A stretch of DNA of 64,000 nucleotides from Alphaproteobacteria bacterium (GCA_965200925.1 OZ241738.1:1858291-1922290), one strand, 5' to 3'; counted from the first letter of the stretch, positions 52,895 to 64,000 are shown. Numbers and translations are program-made. The notes: generated from the sequence alone by a model not told the origin.

Positions 52895-53329
52895 TCAGGA
52901 GAGTTTGGCGACGCGCCGGCCGTGGCGCCCGCCTTCGAAAGCCGTGTCGAGAAAGGTCCGCAGGCATTTGCGGGCGGTGTCTTCCGGGATGCGGCGCGCG
53001 CCGAGGGCGAGGACGTTCGCGTCATTGTGGGCGCGTGCCAGCCGCGCCGCCTCCTCGTCATGGCAGAGCGCGCCGCGCACCGCCGGGCTGCGATTGACGG
53101 CGATGCTCATGCCGATGCCGCTCCCGCAGATCAGGACGCCGCGCCCCGCGCGGCCGGTTTCGATCGCCCGCGCCAGTGCGCGCGCGTAGTCAGGATAATC
53201 GACCGCGCCGCCGTCGTCCGGGCCGAGGTCGAGGACGGCGTGGCCAAGCGCCTCCAGGTCGGCGCGCAACACCGCCTTGAGCCCGACCCCTGCGTGATCG
53301 GAAGCGATCGCGATTCTCTCGTCCGGCAT
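52895..53329 (-). CDS. rpiB: Ribose-5-phosphate isomerase B
   Basis: [21 protein letters not shown]…[15 protein letters not shown]… is the RpiB/LacAB family. The start at 53329 was verified. Confidence 0.8.
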   Translation of the reverse strand: MPDERIAIASDHAGVGLKAVLRADLEALGHAVLDLGPDDGGAVDYPDYARALARAIETGRAGRGVLICGSGIGMSIAVNRSPAVRGALCHDEEAARLARAHNDANVLALGARRIPEDTARKCLRTFLDTAFEGGRHGRRVAKLS

Positions 53330-53441
53330 GGGCGCGTCGCGACGGCACTCGACAGACGATCCCGCACGAGCCGGCGGCCGTCCAGTTTGATGTTTGACAA
53401 TCTTTCCGACACCGTCAATATGACTGCTGCTCACGAGTCCA

Positions 53442-53912
53442 GTGAACGACAGTAAAACACCGGGTATGAGCGATCAAACCGAAAATCCCGGCCGGAACCA
53501 GGACCTGCTGCGGATGACGGTGGACGTGGTGACCGCCTATGTGAGCAACAACGCGGTCTCCTCGGCCGAGCTCCCGGACCTCATCCGCGACGTCCACGCC
53601 TCCCTGCGGCAGACCCAGGGCGGCACGGCGGCGCCCGCCGAAAAGCCGAAGCCCGCCATCGCGATCAAGAAGTCGGTGACGCCCGATTTCGTGATCTGCC
53701 TGGAGGACGGCCGGAAACTGAAAATGCTGAAGCGCCACCTGCGCACGACCTACGGCATGACACCCGATCAATATCGGGCGCGATGGGGGCTCGATCCTGA
53801 CTACCCGATGGTCGCGCCCAATTACGCCAAGCGGCGCTCCGATTTCGCAAAGGAGATCGGCCTCGGGCAGAAGCGGACGCCGCAGCGGCAGCGCAAGCGC
53901 GCGACCAAGTAG
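53442..53912 (+). CDS. Ros/MucR-family zinc-finger transcriptional regulator
   Basis: …LLRMTVDVVTAYVSNNAVSSAELPDLIRDVHASL… and the C-terminal …ICLEDGRKLKMLKRHLRTTYGMTPDQYRARWGL… match the Ros/MucR C2H2-like DNA-binding region. The start may be the internal Met at 53466. Confidence 0.7.
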   Translation: MNDSKTPGMSDQTENPGRNQDLLRMTVDVVTAYVSNNAVSSAELPDLIRDVHASLRQTQGGTAAPAEKPKPAIAIKKSVTPDFVICLEDGRKLKMLKRHLRTTYGMTPDQYRARWGLDPDYPMVAPNYAKRRSDFAKEIGLGQKRTPQRQRKRATK

Positions 53913-53921
53913 AAGCGCGAG

Positions 53922-54857
53922 TCAACCGGTTCGCCCGCAGCCGGTGGTCGTCACGAGGAAAAGGCCGGCGAACATCAGCACCACCGCACCCCATATCCAG
54001 GCGCTCGGCGCGTCGCCGAAGAACCAGATGCCGAAGCCCATGCCGGCGAGCGTGGCGATGTAGTTGACGGTCGAGAATATCACCGGCCCGGCCCGACGGA
54101 TCACTTCGAGGACCAGGTAGAAGGAGACGCAGTTGTTGGCCATGGCGCCGATCGTCGCCCCGTGGCCGACGCCGAACGCCCCGTCGAAGGCCCACCACTC
54201 CCCGCCCGCCGCCATCACCAGGAACGCATACCCGGCCGAGGCCAGCATGAGCCCGCCGGCCAGCGGCAGGGAGTCGGTCTTCCGTGGCCGCCACCGGGCG
54301 ATCAGCACGGCGTTAACGGCATAGGAGAGCGACGGGACGAGGCCGAGTGCCACCCAGCCGGCCATGCCCGGCGCCGGAAGACTCGCCCGAGGCACGAGCA
54401 CCAGCAGGATACCGGCGAACCCGAGCAGGATCCCGCCGAAACGGAACGGGTGGAAGCGATCGAGACGGAGCGCCAGCGCCAGCGCGTAGACCATGATCGG
54501 CACCAGGGCCATGCCCAGCGCGAGCAGGCTCGCGGGCACCTTCGGCCCGAGCCAGGCGAGGAGCAGGTAGGGGAAGGCGAGGTTCAGCGCACCGGTGGCG
54601 AGAAAGAGGCGGATATGGGGGAGGTCGAGCGGCGGCAGCCGCCGCAGCGCGGCCGCCATGACCATGAGTGCCGCACCCCCGCCGAGCGACTGCCAGAAGA
54701 CGTAAGGCGCAAAGGGCACGCCGCCGGTCGTCGCGAAGCGGTTAAGCGACACCGCCAGCGCGAAGGAAACGCCGAGGACGAACAACATGCCGAGCATGAC
54801 GGGGCTGGCGCGGGCGGCGGCTCCGGACTCTCCGGCGGAGCGAGAGTCGGCAGGCAT
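53922..54857 (-). CDS. DMT/EamA-family membrane transporter
   Basis: About 10 TM segments in two EamA-like halves. The start is uncertain (54857 or the internal Met at about 54797). Confidence 0.55.
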   Translation of the reverse strand: MPADSRSAGESGAAARASPVMLGMLFVLGVSFALAVSLNRFATTGGVPFAPYVFWQSLGGGAALMVMAAALRRLPPLDLPHIRLFLATGALNLAFPYLLLAWLGPKVPASLLALGMALVPIMVYALALALRLDRFHPFRFGGILLGFAGILLVLVPRASLPAPGMAGWVALGLVPSLSYAVNAVLIARWRPRKTDSLPLAGGLMLASAGYAFLVMAAGGEWWAFDGAFGVGHGATIGAMANNCVSFYLVLEVIRRAGPVIFSTVNYIATLAGMGFGIWFFGDAPSAWIWGAVVLMFAGLFLVTTTGCGRTG

Positions 54858-54943
54858 CGGCGGAACCCCCCGGAGATCGCGGCGCGGCAGGCTTGGTGCG
54901 CCCCCGCGCGAATGCTACAACGGCGCCTCTCCGGGAGAGAACC

Positions 54944-56158
54944 ATGAGCCAGACCGCAGCTGTCGCCAAGGCCGCGCCGCCCCCCGCAAAGCCGGTCTTC
55001 CGGTGGGACGATCCGTTCCTGTTCGACGACCAGCTCCGCGAAGACGAAAGGTTGGTGCGGGACGCGGCGCGCGACTACGCCCGGGAAAAGCTGATGCCGC
55101 GCATTCTCGAGGCCAACCGCCGCGAGCGTTTCGACCGCGAGATCATGCGCGAGATGGGCACGTTGGGGCTCCTGGGTGCCACCGTCAAGGGCCATGGCTG
55201 CGCCGGAGTCGGCTATGTCGCCTACGGCCTCGCGGCGCGGGAGGTGGAAGCGGTCGATTCCGGCTACCGCTCGGCCATGAGCGTACAGTCGAGTCTCGTG
55301 ATGTATCCCATCGACGCCTACGGCACCCAGGCGCAGAAGACGCGCTGGCTGCCCCGCTTGGCGGCCGGTGAGGCGGTCGGCTGTTTCGGCCTGACCGAAC
55401 CCGATTTCGGCTCCGACCCGGGCGGCATGGCCGCCCGCGCGCGCGCCGCGGACGGAGGCTTTCGCCTCTCCGGTACGAAGACCTGGATCACCCATTCTCC
55501 GATCGCCGACGTTTTCGTGGTCTGGGCGAAGAACGACCGGGGCACGATCCGGGGCTACCTGTTGGAGCGGGGCATGGCGGGGCTGTCGGCGCCGAAGATC
55601 GAGGGCAAATTCGCGTTGCGCGCCTCGCCTACCGGCATGATCCAGATGGACGACGTGTTCGTCCCGGCGGAGAACGAGCTGCCCGGCGCGAGCGGCCTCG
55701 CCGGCCCGTTCCGCTGCCTCAACCGGGCGCGGCTCGGCATCGCCTGGGGCGCGCTGGGCGCTGCCGAGTTCTGCTGGCACGCCGCCCGCGATTACACCCT
55801 CGAACGCAGGCAGTTCGGCAAGCCGCTGGCGGCCAACCAGCTCGTCCAGAAGAAGCTCGCCGACATGCAGACAGAGATCGCCATCGGCCTGCAAGCCTGC
55901 CTCCGAGTCGCCCGGCTCTTCGACGCAGGTCGGGCTACGCCGGAGATGATCTCCCTGGTCAAGCGCAATTCGTGCGGCAAGGCGCTGGAGATCGCCCGCG
56001 CCGCCCGCGACATGCATGGCGGCAACGGGATCAGCGACGAATATCATGTGATCCGCCACGTCATGAACCTTGAAGCCGTCAACACCTACGAAGGCACGCA
56101 CGACATCCATGCCCTGATCCTGGGCCGGGCACAGACCAGCATCCAGGCCTTCGCCTGA
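54944..56158 (+). CDS. gcdH: Glutaryl-CoA dehydrogenase-type acyl-CoA dehydrogenase
   Basis: …[17 protein letters not shown]…, …[19 protein letters not shown]… are ACAD motifs with GCDH-like features. The start at 54944 was verified. Confidence 0.75.
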   Translation: MSQTAAVAKAAPPPAKPVFRWDDPFLFDDQLREDERLVRDAARDYAREKLMPRILEANRRERFDREIMREMGTLGLLGATVKGHGCAGVGYVAYGLAAREVEAVDSGYRSAMSVQSSLVMYPIDAYGTQAQKTRWLPRLAAGEAVGCFGLTEPDFGSDPGGMAARARAADGGFRLSGTKTWITHSPIADVFVVWAKNDRGTIRGYLLERGMAGLSAPKIEGKFALRASPTGMIQMDDVFVPAENELPGASGLAGPFRCLNRARLGIAWGALGAAEFCWHAARDYTLERRQFGKPLAANQLVQKKLADMQTEIAIGLQACLRVARLFDAGRATPEMISLVKRNSCGKALEIARAARDMHGGNGISDEYHVIRHVMNLEAVNTYEGTHDIHALILGRAQTSIQAFA

Positions 56159-56160
56159 CC

Positions 56161-57447
56161 ATGGCGGGCCGACGCGCCGCGGGGCTCCTGCTCGGCGCCG
56201 TCGCCGACGACCTGACGGGCGCGACCGACCTCTGTAACACGCTGGTCGCGCAAGGGATGCGCACCGTGCAGGCGATTGGCGTTCCCGCTCCCGAGGCCGC
56301 GGTGCCGGATGCCGACGCCGTGGTGGTGGCGCTCAAATCGCGCACCGTTGCGCCGGCCAGGGCGGTGCGCGATTCCCGGGCGGCGCTCGGCTGGCTCAGA
56401 CGTGGCGGCGCCCGACAGATATTCTTCAAATACTGCTCGACCTTCGATTCGACGAGTCGCGGCAATATCGGGCCGGTCGGCGATGCCCTGCTCGACGCTC
56501 TCGACGGCGGGCTGACCATCGCCTGCCCGGCCTTCCCGGCCAACGGGCGGACCGTCTACAAGGGCCACCTGTTCGTCGGCGACGTGCTGCTCGAGAGATC
56601 GGGGATGCGCAACCACCCGCTCACGCCGATGCGGGAGTCCGATCTCGTCAAGGTGCTGGGCGCGCAGACACGGCGCCCCGTGGGGCTCGTCGGATACGAA
56701 ACCGTCCGCGAGGGGGCGGAAGCCATCCGCGGCGCGCTCGATGCGTTGCGGGAGGCCGGATTCGGGTACGCGGTGGTCGATGCCGTCGCGGACGAGGACT
56801 TGGCCGCGACCGGCGCGGCTTGCGCCGGGCTGCCGTTGGTCACCGGCGGCTCCGGCGTCGCCATGGGATTGCCGGCGAACTACAGGAAGAACGGGCTTCT
56901 CGCGTCGGGCGGAGAGGCCGCCGCCCTGCCCGCGGCCTCGGGCCACGCGGCGGTGATCGCCGGAAGTTGCTCGGAAGCGACTCTCTGCCAGATCGAACGT
57001 ATGCGGGCGCGGCGCCCGGCGTTCTTCGTCGATGCGGAGGCCCTCGCCGCGCGCAAGCGGGTCACCGATGCCGCGCTCGCCTGGGCCAAGCCGCTCCTCG
57101 CCGGCGGGCCCGTCCTGATCTACGCCAGCGCCGCGCCGCGCCGTGTCAAGCGCATTCAGCGGCGGTTAGGCGTCGCGCGTTCCGGTGCCATGGTCGAACG
57201 TTGCCTGGCGCGCGTCGCGGCGGGCTTGGTCGCGGCCGGCGTCGGGCGGTTGGTGGTGGCGGGCGGGGAGACGGCAGGCGCCGTGGTCGGCGCGCTCGGC
57301 ATCCGGGCGCTGCGCATCGGACCGGAGATCGACCCGGGCGTGCCCTGGACGATGAGCGTCGGCGTCCCCAGGCTCCATCTGGCACTCAAGTCCGGCAATT
57401 TCGGCGGCCCGGACTTCTTCGCCAGGGCGTTCGAGGTCCTGCCGTGA
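56161..57447 (+). CDS. Four-carbon acid sugar kinase family protein (OtnK/YgbK-like)
   Basis: The N-terminal …LGAVADDLTGATD… signature of the DUF1537 kinase family; it is adjacent to a class II aldolase, as in otnK-otnC pairs. Confidence 0.65.
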   Translation: MAGRRAAGLLLGAVADDLTGATDLCNTLVAQGMRTVQAIGVPAPEAAVPDADAVVVALKSRTVAPARAVRDSRAALGWLRRGGARQIFFKYCSTFDSTSRGNIGPVGDALLDALDGGLTIACPAFPANGRTVYKGHLFVGDVLLERSGMRNHPLTPMRESDLVKVLGAQTRRPVGLVGYETVREGAEAIRGALDALREAGFGYAVVDAVADEDLAATGAACAGLPLVTGGSGVAMGLPANYRKNGLLASGGEAAALPAASGHAAVIAGSCSEATLCQIERMRARRPAFFVDAEALAARKRVTDAALAWAKPLLAGGPVLIYASAAPRRVKRIQRRLGVARSGAMVERCLARVAAGLVAAGVGRLVVAGGETAGAVVGALGIRALRIGPEIDPGVPWTMSVGVPRLHLALKSGNFGGPDFFARAFEVLP

Positions 57448-58076
57448 GGGAGGCGGTGCTGCGCGAGCGGATCGCGCAGCACGGCAAATCCCTGTTCGCC
57501 CGAGGTTTCGGCTGCGGCGCCTCGGGCAACATCAGCGCGATGCTCGACGACGGCTTGCTCGTCACCCCGACCAATTCCTGCCTCGGACGGCTCGATCCGG
57601 CGCGGCTCGCGAAGCTCGGGCCGGACGGCGGCCATCTCTCCGGCGACCCGCCTTCCAAGGAGGCGTTCCTGCACCACGCGATGTATCGGGAAAGGCCCGA
57701 AGCGCGCGCCATCGTGCATCTGCACAGCACCCATGCGGTCGCCGTTTCCTGTCTGGCCGACGTCGACCCGGCGGACGTGCTGCCGCCGATCACCGCCTAT
57801 TACGTGATGCGGGTCGGACGGCTGCCGCTGGTTCCCTACTACCGGCCCGGCGACCGCGCACTGGCGGAGGCGGTGCGCGGCTTCGCCCGTGCGCATCATG
57901 CCGTCCTGCTCGCCAATCACGGCCCCGTGGTGGCCGGGAACGCGCTCGACGAGGCGGTTTACGCCGCCGAGGAGCTCGAAGAGACGGCGAAGCTGCATCT
58001 GCTGCTGCGCGGCGCACCGGTGCGCACGCTTACCGATGGCCAAGTCGCCGAACTGAAGCAGGCGTTCCCTACCTGA
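57444..58076 (+). CDS. Class II aldolase/adducin-family protein (OtnC/YgbL-like decarboxylase/aldolase)
   Basis: …GNISAMLDDGLLVTPTNSCLGRL…, …AIVHLHSTHAVAVS… are metal-binding His of class II aldolases. The start is a GTG at 57444 overlapping the stop of the upstream gene. Confidence 0.65.
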   Translation: MREAVLRERIAQHGKSLFARGFGCGASGNISAMLDDGLLVTPTNSCLGRLDPARLAKLGPDGGHLSGDPPSKEAFLHHAMYRERPEARAIVHLHSTHAVAVSCLADVDPADVLPPITAYYVMRVGRLPLVPYYRPGDRALAEAVRGFARAHHAVLLANHGPVVAGNALDEAVYAAEELEETAKLHLLLRGAPVRTLTDGQVAELKQAFPT

Positions 58077-58540
58077 GCGCGAATCCAGAAGATGACGATG
58101 GCAGCGATGCATATGGCGCTGAAGAAAGTGTGCGCGACTGTCGTATCGGGCGGCAATGCGCCGCCAGCCCCTGCGCCTTCAGAACATGCGTTCGATCAGG
58201 TCGCGCCGTTTGTAGAGGTTGACATTGAAGGCGAATGGAAATATGCTCGCTGTAGGATTTTCTCGATCGAACGGCTCGACGACTCCACTGCCAATCAGCC
58301 CTCGATAGTAATTCGACCCTCGGCAACACACGAATCGAAATCAGCCCTGCCGAATCCTTTGCGGCTTTTATCGAAATTCCTAATGTAGAAATTATATTTC
58401 TCCCTAAGAATGCCCCGTAGTCTTTTCTGTTGCTGCCGTCCTGAACGCCTTATTTCGTCGAGCAGCTCACGAATTTCACTCGCCTCTCTAACAGAAAACA
58501 AGCGGCCACATAAACGGGAGAGGCGTTGAGGGTGTGGGCA

Positions 58541-58984
58541 TTAAGCCTGAGCCGCCTCGGGTTCCGCAGCCTCTTCCGCGTCTTCGTCGGCCGGAACCGG
58601 GCCGGAATCCTTGCCCTTCTCCGCCTCGTCCCGATCGACCAGCTCGATGACGGCCATCGGTGCCGAATCGCCGTAACGGAAGCCGGCCTTCAGCACGCGG
58701 GTGTAGCCGCCCGGCCGCTCCGTGTAGCGGAGGCCCAGGGTGTCGAACAGCTTGCGCACCACCGTTTCGTCGTTGAGATAGCCGAGCGCTTGGCGTCGCG
58801 CGTGAAGATCGCCGCGCTTGCCGAGCGTGATCATCCGCTCGACGACGCCGCGCAGGGCCTTCGCCTTGGGAAGCGTGGTCCGGATCTGCTCGTGCTTGAG
58901 CAGCGAGGTCGCCATGTTGTGGAACATCGCGCGGCGATGGCTCGACGTCCGATTCAGCTTGCGTCCGCCGTGGCGGTGGCGCAT
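58541..58984 (-). CDS. rplQ: 50S ribosomal protein L17
   Basis: [45 protein letters not shown]… Start 58984 was verified, with a GGAGGAGA RBS upstream. Confidence 0.9.
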   Translation of the reverse strand: MRHRHGGRKLNRTSSHRRAMFHNMATSLLKHEQIRTTLPKAKALRGVVERMITLGKRGDLHARRQALGYLNDETVVRKLFDTLGLRYTERPGGYTRVLKAGFRYGDSAPMAVIELVDRDEAEKGKDSGPVPADEDAEEAAEPEAAQA

Positions 58985-59024
58985 GACCGGTCTCCTCCGA
59001 AGGCCCGCGACTCCGCGCCCCCGG

Positions 59025-60038
59025 TCAGTAGGGCTCGTCGATCTTCCTGGCCAGCTCCTCGATGTTCTCGGGCGGCCAGTCACCAATTTCCATGCCGAGC
59101 TGGAGTCCCATGTCGGCGAGCACTTCCTTGATTTCGTTGAGGGACTTGCGTCCGAAATTGGGCGTCCGCAGCATCTTGGACTCGGAGTGCTGCACGAGGT
59201 CGCCGATATAGATGATGTTGTCGTTCTTGAGGCAGTTGGCGGAGCGGACCGACAGTTCCAGCTCGTCGACCTTGCGCAGCAAGTTGGGATTGAACCCCGG
59301 CTCGCCCGCGCTCTCGTGGCTCGGCAGCGCGTGCGGCTCCTCGAAGTTGACGAAGAGCTGGGCCTGATCCTGAAGGATGCGTGCCGCGAGCGCCACGGCG
59401 TCGTCCGGCGCGACGGTTCCGTTGGTCTCGACCCGCATCGTGAGCTTGTCGTAGTCGGTGACCTGGCCTACGCGGGTGTTCTCCACCTTGTAGGCGACCT
59501 GCTTGACCGGGCTGTAGAGCGCATCGACCGGGATCAGCCCGATCGGTGCGTCCTCGGGCCGGTTCTGCGGGGCGGGGACGTAGCCCTTGCCGGTCTGGAC
59601 CGTGAATTCCATGTCGATCCCGGCGTTCTCGTCGAGCGTGCAGATGACGACGTCCGGATCGACGATCTCGATGCCGTGGCCGGCCTCGATCCGCGCCGCG
59701 GTGATTTCACCGGGCCCGGAGGCCTTGAGCGTCATCCGCTTCGGCCCCTCGCCGTGCATGCGGAGCACGAGCTGCTTCACGTTGAGGACGATATCGGTGA
59801 TGTCCTCGCGCACCCCCGGCAGCGACGAGAATTCGTGCAGCACGCCGTTGATCTGCAACGACGTGACCGACGCGCCCTGCAACGACGACAGCAGGACGCG
59901 GCGCAGCGCGTTGCCGAGCGTCATGCCGAAGCCGCGCTCGAGCGGCTCGGCCACGATGCGGGCGCGGTGCTTCCCGTCGCCCTCCGGCGTCACCTCGAGT
60001 TTGGACGGCTTGATGAGTTCCTGCCAGTTCTTCTGCAT
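59025..60038 (-). CDS. rpoA: DNA-directed RNA polymerase alpha subunit
   Basis: [16 protein letters not shown]…[26 protein letters not shown]… is canonical RpoA. Confidence 0.9.
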   Translation of the reverse strand: MQKNWQELIKPSKLEVTPEGDGKHRARIVAEPLERGFGMTLGNALRRVLLSSLQGASVTSLQINGVLHEFSSLPGVREDITDIVLNVKQLVLRMHGEGPKRMTLKASGPGEITAARIEAGHGIEIVDPDVVICTLDENAGIDMEFTVQTGKGYVPAPQNRPEDAPIGLIPVDALYSPVKQVAYKVENTRVGQVTDYDKLTMRVETNGTVAPDDAVALAARILQDQAQLFVNFEEPHALPSHESAGEPGFNPNLLRKVDELELSVRSANCLKNDNIIYIGDLVQHSESKMLRTPNFGRKSLNEIKEVLADMGLQLGMEIGDWPPENIEELARKIDEPY

Positions 60039-60122
60039 GGCGCTGAAACACCCCGTATGATTCGGCGTCGTTCGCCCGTTCGCGAGCGCGGCGGACGAGC
60101 GCCGCGCGGCGGGAAACGAAGG

Positions 60123-60509
60123 TCAGACGCGCCGCCTCTTGGGCGGACGGCATCCGTTGTGCGGGATCGGCGTGACGTCGCGGATCGCCGTGATCGTGAA
60201 ACCCGCGCTTTGCAGCGCCCGCAGCGCCGATTCGCGCCCCGAGCCCGGTCCCTTGACCTCGACTTCGAGGGATTTGACGCCGTGCTCGGTCGCCTTGCGC
60301 CCCGCTTCCTCGGCCGCCATCTGGGCGGCGTAGGGAGTCGACTTGCGCGAGCCGCGGAAGCCCATGCTTCCGGCCGACGACCAGGCGATGGCGTTGCCCT
60401 GCACGTCGGTGATGGTGATCATGGTGCTGTTGAACGTGGCGCTGACGTGGGCGATGCCCGAGGAGATGTTCTTGCGTTCGCGGCGCCGCGTTCGCGTCGG
60501 CTTGGCCAT
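60123..60509 (-). CDS. rpsK: 30S ribosomal protein S11
   Basis: …[30 protein letters not shown]…. Confidence 0.9.
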   Translation of the reverse strand: MAKPTRTRRRERKNISSGIAHVSATFNSTMITITDVQGNAIAWSSAGSMGFRGSRKSTPYAAQMAAEEAGRKATEHGVKSLEVEVKGPGSGRESALRALQSAGFTITAIRDVTPIPHNGCRPPKRRRV

Positions 60510-60522
60510 CGTAGGCGACCCT

Positions 60523-60891
60523 CTATTTCTTCTTGCCGGCGATCGGGCGGGCGGGGCCCTTCCGCGTTCGCGCGTTGGTATGGGTCCGCTGCCCGCGCAC
60601 CGGCAGGCCGCGGCGGTGCCGGAGGCCGCGGTAGGTCCCGAGATCCATCAGGCGCTTGACGTTCATCGCGACCTCACGACGCAGGTCGCCCTCGACCATG
60701 TATTCCCGGTCGATCACTTCGCGGATGCGAATGACCTCGGCATCGCTGAGCTGGCTCACGCGCTTCTCGCCCGGCAACCCGACCGTCTCGCGGATCTGCC
60801 GAGCCTTGGTGCGCCCGATCCCATGGATATAGGTGAGCGCGATCTCCACCCGCTTGTTCGTCGGGATGTTCACGCCGGCGATACGAGCCAC
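60523..60891 (-). CDS. rpsM: 30S ribosomal protein S13
   Basis: …[32 protein letters not shown]… A GTG start at 60889-60891 gives the canonical MARIAGV N-terminus; an upstream ATG at 60906 is the alternative. Confidence 0.85.
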   Translation of the reverse strand: MARIAGVNIPTNKRVEIALTYIHGIGRTKARQIRETVGLPGEKRVSQLSDAEVIRIREVIDREYMVEGDLRREVAMNVKRLMDLGTYRGLRHRRGLPVRGQRTHTNARTRKGPARPIAGKKK

Positions 60892-61096
60892 CCTCGAGCC
60901 TCCCATGGCACGAAGGGCGCACGACGGCAGGTCCGCCGCGCGCCCCGAACGGCGAGCGGATTATCGTCGTCCCCGCAGCCCGAGTCAACGCCGGTTTCGG
61001 TGCCCCGGTGCGCGGGCTTTCCGGGGCCGTGGTCGCGCGGAACGCGAACGAAAACAGCGGGCCTGGAAAGCCGCGCACCGGGAAAATCTCGGTGGA

Positions 61097-62089
61097 TCAT
61101 CGGGCCCGGGCGATGTTCTCGGGGACGAGGGCCAGGGCGTCCTCGATGACCTCGGCGCCGGCGCCCGGGCGGTGAGTCCGCTGGGCGAGATGGCGGCGCC
61201 AGGCGCGGGCGCCGGGCAGGCCCGCGAAGAGCCCGTGCATGTGCCGGACGATGGCGTGCAGCGGGGCGCCACCGGCCGTCATGCGTCGGATGTAGGGCAG
61301 CATGGCGCGGGCGATGTCGTGGCGGCTCGGCTGCGGGCGGGAAGCGTCTCCGAAGATGAGCCGGTCAGCGGCGAGAAGCATCGTCGGGTCGCTATAGGCG
61401 GCGCGGCCGATCATGACGCCGTCGACCCGGTCGAAGTGGCTCTCGGCGGCGCGGAGGCTGGTGACGCCGCCGTTGAGAACGATCTCCAGGGCCGGGAAAT
61501 CCGCCTTCAGGCGGTGGACGTCGCCGTGACGGAGCGGCGGGATTTCGCGGTTCTCCGCCGGGCTCAGCCCCTCGAGAACGGCGATGCGCGCGTGCACGGC
61601 GAAGCTGCGGACGCCCACCTGGGCGACGCGCCCGACGAACGCCTTCAAGTCCTCGTAGGTGCCGCGGCCGTCGATGCCGATGCGGCATTTGATGGTGACC
61701 GGGAGGTCGACCGCCCGCATCATCGCCGCGACACAGTCCGCCACCAGAGCGGGCCGCGCCATCAGGGCGGCGCCGAAGCCGCCACGCCGCACGCGGGGGC
61801 TGGGGCAGCCGACATTGAGGTTGATCTCGTCGTAGCCGAAGGCTTGGCCGATCTCGGCCGCGCGGGCGAGCACGCCCGGCTCCGAGCCGCCGAGTTGCAG
61901 GGCGAGCGGACGTTCCGCCTCGTCGAAGCCGAGCAGCCGGGAACGGTCGCCGTGCAGCACCGCCTCCGCTCCGACCATCTCGCTGTAGAGAAGCGTCCGG
62001 GCGGTAACCAGGCGCAGGAAGTAGCGCCCATGCCGGTCGGTGCACGCCATCATCGGCGCGACGCTCAGCCGGCGGTCCAGCCCGTTCAT
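61097..62089 (-). CDS. dusA: tRNA-dihydrouridine synthase A
   Basis: MNGLDRRLSVAPMMACTDRHGRYFLRLV…INLNVGCPSPRV… is the DusA family. The start at 62089 was verified. Confidence 0.8.
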   Translation of the reverse strand: MNGLDRRLSVAPMMACTDRHGRYFLRLVTARTLLYSEMVGAEAVLHGDRSRLLGFDEAERPLALQLGGSEPGVLARAAEIGQAFGYDEINLNVGCPSPRVRRGGFGAALMARPALVADCVAAMMRAVDLPVTIKCRIGIDGRGTYEDLKAFVGRVAQVGVRSFAVHARIAVLEGLSPAENREIPPLRHGDVHRLKADFPALEIVLNGGVTSLRAAESHFDRVDGVMIGRAAYSDPTMLLAADRLIFGDASRPQPSRHDIARAMLPYIRRMTAGGAPLHAIVRHMHGLFAGLPGARAWRRHLAQRTHRPGAGAEVIEDALALVPENIARAR

Positions 62090-62332
62090 CGCGACCCTCG
62101 ACGGGCGCTTGCGCGCAACGGCTCCTTGACACCGCGCGGCGCCTGCCCTATTGAATCCGTCCCAGCGCCGATTTGAAGCGACAGCTTGCGGGCGCTCAAG
62201 AAATGCGGCTAAAGCGTTGGGACCCGCCCGGCAAAGCCGCGGCGGGTATTTTGATTCGGTGAAACCATCGGAGCAAGGCGCGGTGGCGGAGCGAAACGGC
62301 GCCAAGCGGGCGCCGGTCGGGAAACGAACCGG

Positions 62333-63298
62333 GTGCCGGCAAGCACGGACCTGCGGACGCGGAGGCGCTCGGTGAGCGCCGTTGCGCCCCGTTTCGTCGA
62401 AGAGCCGGCACCGGCCGCCACACCGCCGGCGCTCGCGGTTTCCTTCGAGTTCTTCCCGCCGAGCACGGAACGGCTGGCGGAACGGCTCTGGGCCGCCGTC
62501 GAACGGCTCGGGCCGCTGGCACCGCGTTTCGTCTCGGTGACCTACGGCGCCGGCGGTTCGACCCGGCGGCGCACGTTCGAGACGATCGCCCGCATCGCCG
62601 CCGAGACGCGCCTGACGCCGGCCGCACATCTCACCTGCGTCGGCGACACGCGGGACGGGATCGCCGAGACGGCGCGCGGATACTGGGACGCCGGCATCAG
62701 GCACCTAGTCGCCCTGCGCGGAGACCCGCCGCGGGGAGCCGCCCGTTTCGCGGCCCACCCCGCGGGCTACCACAATGCGGCGGCACTGGTCGCCGGCCTC
62801 AAGCGCGTCGCTGATTTCGAGATCAGCGTCGCGGCCTATCCAGAGGGCCACCCGGAGGCGCGGAGCGCGGCGGCCGACCTCGAAAACCTGAAGCGCAAGC
62901 TCGACGCCGGCGCCAACCGGGCGATCACCCAGTTCTTCTTCGGCACGGAGCGCTATCTGCGCTTTCGCGACGCGGCGGCGGCGGCAGGGATTCGCGCCCC
63001 GATCGTGCCGGGCATTCTCCCGGTGACCAACGTCGCCCGCCTGATGGATTTCGCGGCTCGCTGCGGCATCACCGTCCCCGACTGGCTCGCGTCCCAGTTC
63101 GGGGGGCTCGACGACGACCCGGACACGCGGCGGCTGATCGCCGGATGGATCGCGATCGAACAATGCCGCGCGCTGGTGAGGCACGGCGTCCGTGAATTCC
63201 ATTTCTACACGTTGAACCGCGCCGAGCTGACCCGCGCGATCTGCCACGCGCTCGGGGTCCGCGCGCGGCCCGCACGCCGGGCGGGAGGCGCCCCGTGA
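62333..63298 (+). CDS. metF: 5,10-methylenetetrahydrofolate reductase
   Basis: …[15 protein letters not shown]…[16 protein letters not shown]… is canonical MetF. The N-terminal start is uncertain. Confidence 0.8.
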   Translation: MPASTDLRTRRRSVSAVAPRFVEEPAPAATPPALAVSFEFFPPSTERLAERLWAAVERLGPLAPRFVSVTYGAGGSTRRRTFETIARIAAETRLTPAAHLTCVGDTRDGIAETARGYWDAGIRHLVALRGDPPRGAARFAAHPAGYHNAAALVAGLKRVADFEISVAAYPEGHPEARSAAADLENLKRKLDAGANRAITQFFFGTERYLRFRDAAAAAGIRAPIVPGILPVTNVARLMDFAARCGITVPDWLASQFGGLDDDPDTRRLIAGWIAIEQCRALVRHGVREFHFYTLNRAELTRAICHALGVRARPARRAGGAP

Positions 63299-64000
63299 GC
63301 AGCGCCCGCGCACGGCGCCTCGCCGCCCTCGAACGGGCCGCGGCGGAGCGCGTGCTGGTGCTGGACGGGGCCATGGGCACCATGATCCAGAGCCTCGGTC
63401 TGGGCGAAGCCGATTTTCGCGGCGAACGGTACGCGGCCCACGACGGTGAGCTCGCCGGGAACAACGACCTCCTGTCGCTGACCCGCCCGGCGGCGATCCG
63501 CGACATCCACGCCGCTTTCCTCGACGCCGGTGCGGACATCGTCACCACCAACACCTTCAACGCGAACCATATCTCCCAGGAAGACTACGGCTTGGGCTGC
63601 GCGGTGCCGGCGCTCAACCGGGCCGGCGCCGCGCTCGCGCGCCAAGCCGCCGACGCAGCGGCCAGCACCGGGCACCCGCGTTTCGTCGCCGGCGTCCTGG
63701 GGCCGACCAACAAGACGCTCTCCGTCTCCCCCGACGTGAACGATCCGGGCAAGCGGGCGATCGACTTCGACACCTTGAGCGCCGCCTACCGCGAAGCAGC
63801 AGTGGCGCTCATCGAAGGCGGAGTCGACCTCCTCCTCATCGAGACGATTTTCGATTCGCTGAACGCCAAGGCGGCGCTGATCGCTCTCGAGGACGTCTTC
63901 GACGCCATCGGCGAGCGCCTGCCGATCCTCGTCTCCGGCACGCTGACCGATCGCGCCGGGCGGATGCTCAACGGGCAGACGGTCGAGGCTTTCTGGCTCA
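63297..64000 (+). CDS. metH: Methionine synthase (cobalamin-dependent), N-terminal homocysteine-S-methyltransferase domain; it runs off the window
   Basis: …[17 protein letters not shown]…[33 protein letters not shown]… The open frame has a GTG at 63297 that overlaps the metF stop and continues to the window end. Confidence 0.75.

Overview
High-GC (about 65-70%) chromosomal segment, probably from an alphaproteobacterium (Ros/MucR regulator, long B12-dependent NrdJ, ribD-ribE-ribBA-ribH-nusB operon with nrdR). The dominant feature is a complete type I-U/I-G (GSU0054-type) CRISPR-Cas locus. The interference genes sit on the minus strand: cas3 (10137-12977, helicase with C-terminal HD domain), a small Csb3-like gene, csb1/cas7, and a large csb2-like gene. 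The adaptation genes are divergent on the plus strand: a cas4-cas1 fusion (15693-17444) and cas2 (17456-17749). They are followed by a very large array of roughly 230 copies of the 36-nt repeat GTTTCCGGGGCTCTATTGCCCCGGCCTCATTGAAGC (17980-34746), with a leader at 17750-17979 and a degenerate terminal repeat. The most unusual element is a cassette of three uncharacterised genes on the cas3 strand, between cas3 and the cas4-cas1 promoter (13127-15588). It comprises a 140-aa protein with weak ribonuclease-like motifs, a frameshifted protein of about 500 aa whose C-terminus carries ImmA/IrrE (COG2856)-like motifs with an apparently degenerate HEXXH, and a 124-aa protein with a toxin-like fold. The array shows internal segmental duplication and many clusters of overlapping, opposite-strand or SNP-variant spacers, consistent with repeated primed acquisition against a few recurring targets. 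The remainder is mostly housekeeping and metabolism: an HpaB/AbfD-family enzyme, a CitE-like lyase, a CoA-transferase, nrdJ, aspS, rnd, the rib operon, nrdR, glyA, rpiB, gcdH, an otnK/otnC-like pair, rpsM-rpsK-rpoA-rplQ, dusA, metF and the 5' end of metH. Three smaller anomalies are also recorded: an orphan MNT nucleotidyltransferase with a decayed HEPN partner (2202-2729); a low-GC island holding a multiply frameshifted DEAD/DEAH helicase pseudogene (about 45300-46270); and a second low-GC, roughly 420-bp island beside rplQ. All assignments rest on reading the translated motifs by eye; no database search was possible.
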